This document shows, one piece after another, positions 58,784 through 64,000 of a DNA stretch of 64,000 bases. This DNA comes from Octopus bimaculoides (taxonomy: Eukaryota): the NCBI RefSeq assembly GCF_001194135.2, contig NC_068985.1, positions 108,207,457 to 108,271,456 of the forward strand. Direction: 5' to 3'. The notes beneath the pieces were generated by a model, which saw only the letters and a list, made by a program, of their open reading frames with translations, made no database searches and had not been told where the DNA came from. Made by a program: the position numbers and the translations under genes. Each line of letters begins with the position of its first letter. Within the stretch, counting starts at the first letter, position 1.

Positions 58784-59677
58784 TACGAAGTGGTAGCAAA
58801 AGGTTCCCAGACTAGTTTTGTTTAATAAAAAAATAACGTATTTACCTAAGTTTTAACAACATCTCCTCCGAAGTAGTCACCTTGCGCAGCAATACACCGG
58901 TCCCAGCGTTCCTACCACTTTTGAAATCCGGCCTGGAAGTAATTTTTCGTAAGCGAGTCGAAGACCTACGATTCGCTCTGAATCCCGACGACGGAGTTAA
59001 AACGGTGAACTATGAACTGCATTTTCATGCTGGGGAAAAGATGAAAGTTCGTAGCGATACTATGTTGCAATTGGTAAGAAACTCACGAGTGAAGAGTGCT
59101 CAGTGACAGGGTGCATTGTCGTCGTAAAGAATCCAGTACTTCGCGCTCCACAAATCCGGGCGCTTTCGTCGAATGTTCTCCCTCAAACGCCTCAAGACGT
59201 CGCAGTAGAACTTTCGATTGACAGTCTGACCCTGGGAGACTAATTCTCGATGCACAATACCACATTTCCGGTGGATGGGGGAGGGGGGTTGACACACGTG
59301 GCAGTCTTCCAGATCGCTCATCGTTTTCTTGGGAGGTTCTTCCGCTTTTGAAGCGCCCGTACTACTCGAAACTGCGTACAACCCATTGCCTCGTCGACAT
59401 AAGCTATCCGAAGTATGCTTAATGTCTCTGTAACAGACTTTCCAAGTTTAATAACATGAAATTTTACGTTGGCTCATTGATCCTGTCCATGGCAAAATCG
59501 CAGGCTACAGCATACAAGTGATCACAAAACCACAAATTTCACAACTTGCGAGAAGTATAGACTTGACACACTGCCTCATGAAGGTCATTGCTAGTTTTCA
59601 CAGCACACGTAACCGTGTGCTGCCACCTGTTAGCGCACTACAGAACTAGTCTGGGAACTTTTTGATACCACCTCGTA
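58784..59677 (-). mobile_element. internally deleted mariner element
   Basis: TIR tacgaagtggtagcaaaaggttcccagactagtt / aactagtctgggaactttttgataccacctcgta; remnant GQTVNRKFYCDVLRRLRENIRRKRPDLW...YDDNAPCH. Confidence 0.9.
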
Positions 59678-60002
59678 TTTGTGATATAAGCGGTGACACA
59701 ACTATTTCAATCTTATTGAGATAAAAAACAGATTATTTACTGTAAAGTCTATTGTCAGCTAGGTTGAAAATATATTACATTCATTTGAAGACAACTGTAA
59801 ATCGTGACGATCCAGCGAACAGGACCTACTTGACGTGCCAGAAATAATAGCTCACCTTCACACAGATCACACCCTACTAACCAAGATAAAAGAACACATT
59901 GTATAATATATTCCTTGATGTACTATATTTGAAAAATAGCTGTCATGGTCATGGACGGATTACCTAGGATAATAGGTAACACATTACCTATGATCAGTGC
60001 AG

Positions 60003-60003
<1 letters not shown>

Positions 60004-60050
<47 letters not shown>

Positions 60051-60052
60051 GC

Positions 60053-60137
<85 letters not shown>

Positions 60138-60150
60138 GCAGCAGCAGCAG
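60004..60150. repeat. (CAA)n(CAG)n microsatellite in the paralog 3' region
   Basis: Directly read; homologous tract at ~4847-4912. Confidence 0.95.
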
Positions 60151-60566
60151 CAGAAGCAATAACAACATCTCTAGATGATAATTTCAAAAGATATTTATTG
60201 GACAGTTGGAAAACAGGAATCACTAGTTCATATTCTTCTGCTTTAAATATGTTTGGGAACAAACACTTGTAGAAAAATGTACTCCGTCTCTCAGATTTGT
60301 GCAACAATTTTAAATTATTCGCTTAAAATATGAACTAACAATATATGTGTAGAGTAAGTTCTATAATTTATCATATTAACGATTAAATCTAATATATGCA
60401 TATAAAACTAATGGAATATCTAAATATGTAAACAATAGTAGTGTGTATAATATAATATAATATAATATAATATAATATATATATAATATAATAATATATG
60501 TATATATATAATATAATATAATAGTAATATAATATAATATAATATAATATAATATAATATAATATA

Positions 60567-60610
<44 letters not shown>

Positions 60611-61003
60611 ACAAAGTATTACTAGCATTATTAAAAATAACCATAATAATAAAGTGGCCAGCAAATTTAACCTAAACAGGCAAAATATACAAATAAATTA
60701 GGGTACCGAAATATCAACCTACTAGAAGTAGGATTCAACACTCCAAAGCACGGTGAATGTAACGAATATAATAAAGATAGGTCTTACCTTTGCATAAACC
60801 GCAAAGCAAAAACAGATAACTTGGTATCAATTGATTTCACCTTTTGTGTATTACCACTTAAGAATCATCAGCCAAGTTTACTGTAGTCATATACTTTTCA
60901 AAATATTCACTTCATTACACCGTGCGCAGTGAAATCAATTGATACCAAGATATCTGTTTTTGATTTGTGGTTTATGCAAAGGTAAAGCCTATTATTTGTG
61001 TGC

Positions 61004-61042
<39 letters not shown>

Positions 61043-61151
61043 GCATGAATTGGGGCCTGTTGTCAAATTCATATATTTCTATATCATAACAATCCTAAAC
61101 GGATAGGTTGTTATTTTACATTATATGACTATCAAACTTCGTACTTGTCCC

Positions 61152-61285
61152 TCATATCGTGAAACAATGGGATAAACTTCCTCTGCCGGTATGGTAACTG
61201 ACTTTATTATATAACTCTGCTTTATCAGACAACACCATCTGATTTGGATTTTTTTCAATGCATTGGAATTCGTTTACATAAGAAC
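61152..61285 (-). CDS. last coding exon of upstream ITIH-like paralog (SYVNEFQCIEKNPNQMVLSDKAELYNKVSYHTGRGSLSHCFTI*)
   Basis: 134 nt to TGA, 32/43 aa identical to 5302-5435. Confidence 0.82.
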
Positions 61286-61404
61286 CTGAAATAAAAAAAA
61301 GAACGTGTCAACAAAATATTAATATATTTTTACAAGTCAATAGTTCTTGGAATTAATTAAACTTAAACTCATTCTCTTAATAAGTTTTTGAAGATTAATG
61401 TAAG

Positions 61405-61479
<75 letters not shown>

Positions 61480-61736
61480 AATCTATCTATCTATCTATAT
61501 GTCTGTCTGTATGTCTGTCTGTCTGTCTGTCTAAATGTGGATGCAAGTAGAGAGGAGACATGAATGTAAATATAAGTTGAATATCTGGTGATTATATGCT
61601 TTTATATCTTTATCCTGTCTATTTTCCGATCCCCATGAACCAAGTAATTAAGAAGTAAACTTCTTGCCACACAGCTAAATCTTAATCTTAATGCTGCAAA
61701 ATAATGTTTCGTTTTTAGAAAATATATAATACTTAC

Positions 61737-62003
61737 CTAAAATTCCTCCTGCTTGAGAAATCTTGCGAAGTATATTGAAATGCACAGAGTAAGATATCTC
61801 ATCGTTCGTAATTTTGTACTGGTATACTGTCATTGAAAATGTAAGTGTCCTTATGAATGCTTTCAGCCTGGGGACATTAGTCCGGCCTTTTGGATCAAGA
61901 ATAATTTCATCAACATATACAGAAGACTTTATTCGTATTCTGTTAAGAGTTTCTAAGCAATTAATGTTTGACGCCTTTTTTATGTAACCATAAACATCTA
62001 CAC
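61737..62003 (-). CDS. penultimate coding exon of upstream ITIH-like paralog (VDVYGYIKKASNINCL...VHFNILRKISQAGGILG)
   Basis: 267 nt open, ttattctacag / GTAAGT, homologous to 5830-6096. Confidence 0.85.
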
Positions 62004-63656
62004 CTGTAGAATAAATGTATTTTAAATTTAATTAATTATCTTGAATTTTATATTATTGTACTTATACTCCTTAGATTAAACATGGTAAAAATTTTCAGAA
62101 TGATTAGAATATTTCTTTCTTTGAATTTTAACACTTGCATTAATTAGAACATGCATTTGAAATCTCGGAAATGAAAATATTATTTATGTACTTTTGATAA
62201 TTGTTATGTGACACAGGAACAAACATATCTCCATGGCGAACTCCAGTGGTAGGAGTGAAGTATCCTACTCACTAATACATGAAACGAATAGATTACTCAC
62301 AGAAAGCCAATCAATATGCAGAACTGAACGTTTACCTTTTGTGAAGGATAAACAAGTTGGTGAACGGGGAGGTAAAATGTAGATTGTCCAATGATAAATA
62401 ATGCAATAATATAATGATGGAGATTGAAACTTGCTGCATTTACTTATACGATGAAATATCATACGAACAAGGATAATGCTCTCTCTGACATATTTCTTTG
62501 TTTACAAACTTGCTGGAGCTATTACTACTCTGACACAAAGTGACATCTATAACAAGTTATCTTGGAATACGTCGATTACCCCATTTTGTTAGAGCTCGTA
62601 ATACCACTTTTCTAGAGCGAATGTGGAAAAGAATTGTGCTTCTTGTACAGTTTGCACAGAACTATAAAACCTCAATTCCTATCATCCTCACGAAGTGACA
62701 CTTATCACCGCAAAAGGACTATAAAACAGTTTAGTTTTAGTTAAAAGAATAAAAAAGAACAACTTTTCTTGCTATTTCATGTAATTGAAATTTATTTACA
62801 AAGTTGATGAACATTTTTATTTAGTGCATTTCCACGACCCAATATTCATACGACAACAGTAATCAGATGCTTAACCTATGTAGAATGCCAAATTATTAAT
62901 TCAGTCTAATCCAGAAAACTCCTTGATATCTAGGGATCTGAAGGATTATATCTTTGAGAATGGTGATATCAGCAATTACAAATCACACAACTGCGAACAC
63001 ACAAGAAGAAAGCTCAAGCAACGTCCGACAGAAGGCAATCACAAAATCATCCTAGGAAGCATTTCTATCAAGTGCTTTGCTGATTTAGTACACTTCCAAA
63101 GATTCCCGTTTGTGCAGCAACAGGTACTACATACCACGAAGTTCTTTGCATTGAATGCTCTTCTTCTCAATGCAAGTCAGTATCCCCTTGGCCAATACCT
63201 CCTAGACTAAGAAAGTTCAAGAGGTGTGGTAGTAAGAACAAAGATTCGTCAAAAGAATATCATGTCTAGATCAGATGTAATGTATATATTTAGGAAAACA
63301 AATGCATTCCTTTGTGTTATATAAGTATTTGAACGTTTGAAAAAATCAAAAGACAAGAATGATTTCCACTGTATAACATTGTTAAATGTAAGTTTAAAAT
63401 TTATCGATAAGGTGGGCTAGAATCCATGGCTCACTTATTAGTTATATTTCTTATTATGCTTATTTTATTGTTATTGTATCATTTTATTTTTTTAATGTGC
63501 GTATTAATAAATATTAAGATATTAAAAATATAACTAACAAGTGAATCATGAATTTTGACCCGCCCCGTAGATAATATTGCAAGTTGGGAAATGAAAAATG
63601 CAAACAATATTGAACAGATTCTAAAGGTGACTAACGTACAATAATTATAGATATAT

Positions 63657-63702
<46 letters not shown>

Positions 63703-64000
63703 ATCATGGACGGACGGTAGACACATCGGCTCCCATGTAAGTTGCATTTTTCACCTCTTAAAAGACCTATTTTGTTTTAAAATTTTGTATAAGTTGTGTA
63801 TAACACAAAATACTTCGTGAACATATATTTTTCAAATCGGAAATAGCTCTATTTAGAGCCTTATTTCCAAAAATTCAAACATATCTTCCTCGTTCCTAGC
63901 CATATTCTTTAAAACGAATATGGCTAAGGTTTTCAACGAGGCCGACTTCCCGCTCCTAATGCCAGAGGCGAAAACACTTAATGCCGTTCCGCATGAACGC

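Overview
AT-rich, microsatellite-, SINE- and transposon-dense animal DNA with many N gaps; the repeat content looks octopus-like (inference). The main content is a minus-strand, multi-exon inter-alpha-trypsin inhibitor heavy chain (ITIH)-like gene from ATG 51437 to TGA 5302: signal peptide, VIT region, vWA domain, linker, ITIH C-terminal-like domain. The last two coding exons of an upstream tandem paralog lie at 61152-62003. Exons were read by hand from GT-AG boundaries and phase continuity. Unusual points: (1) exons 2-5 are tandemly duplicated inside the gene as a phase 0-0 block, giving either a double-VIT protein (~1049 aa) or alternative VIT cassettes, and the copies differ mostly by amino-acid-changing substitutions; (2) the linker appears to be encoded by an array of symmetric phase-1 micro-exons (five of 15 nt), several sitting in duplicated exon-plus-intron units, with dead copies nearby; (3) the MIDAS Asp is Asn and no DPH cleavage motif is visible; (4) the penultimate exon is highly divergent between the paralogs. 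Mobile DNA includes three tRNA-type SINE families, R4/Dong-like LINE remnants at TAA microsatellites, a Gypsy remnant, a solo LTR, mariner/Tc1 relics, a Helitron scrap, and a nested foldback element centred on an inverted telomeric-repeat palindrome. No expression data were available, so the micro-exons are predictions.
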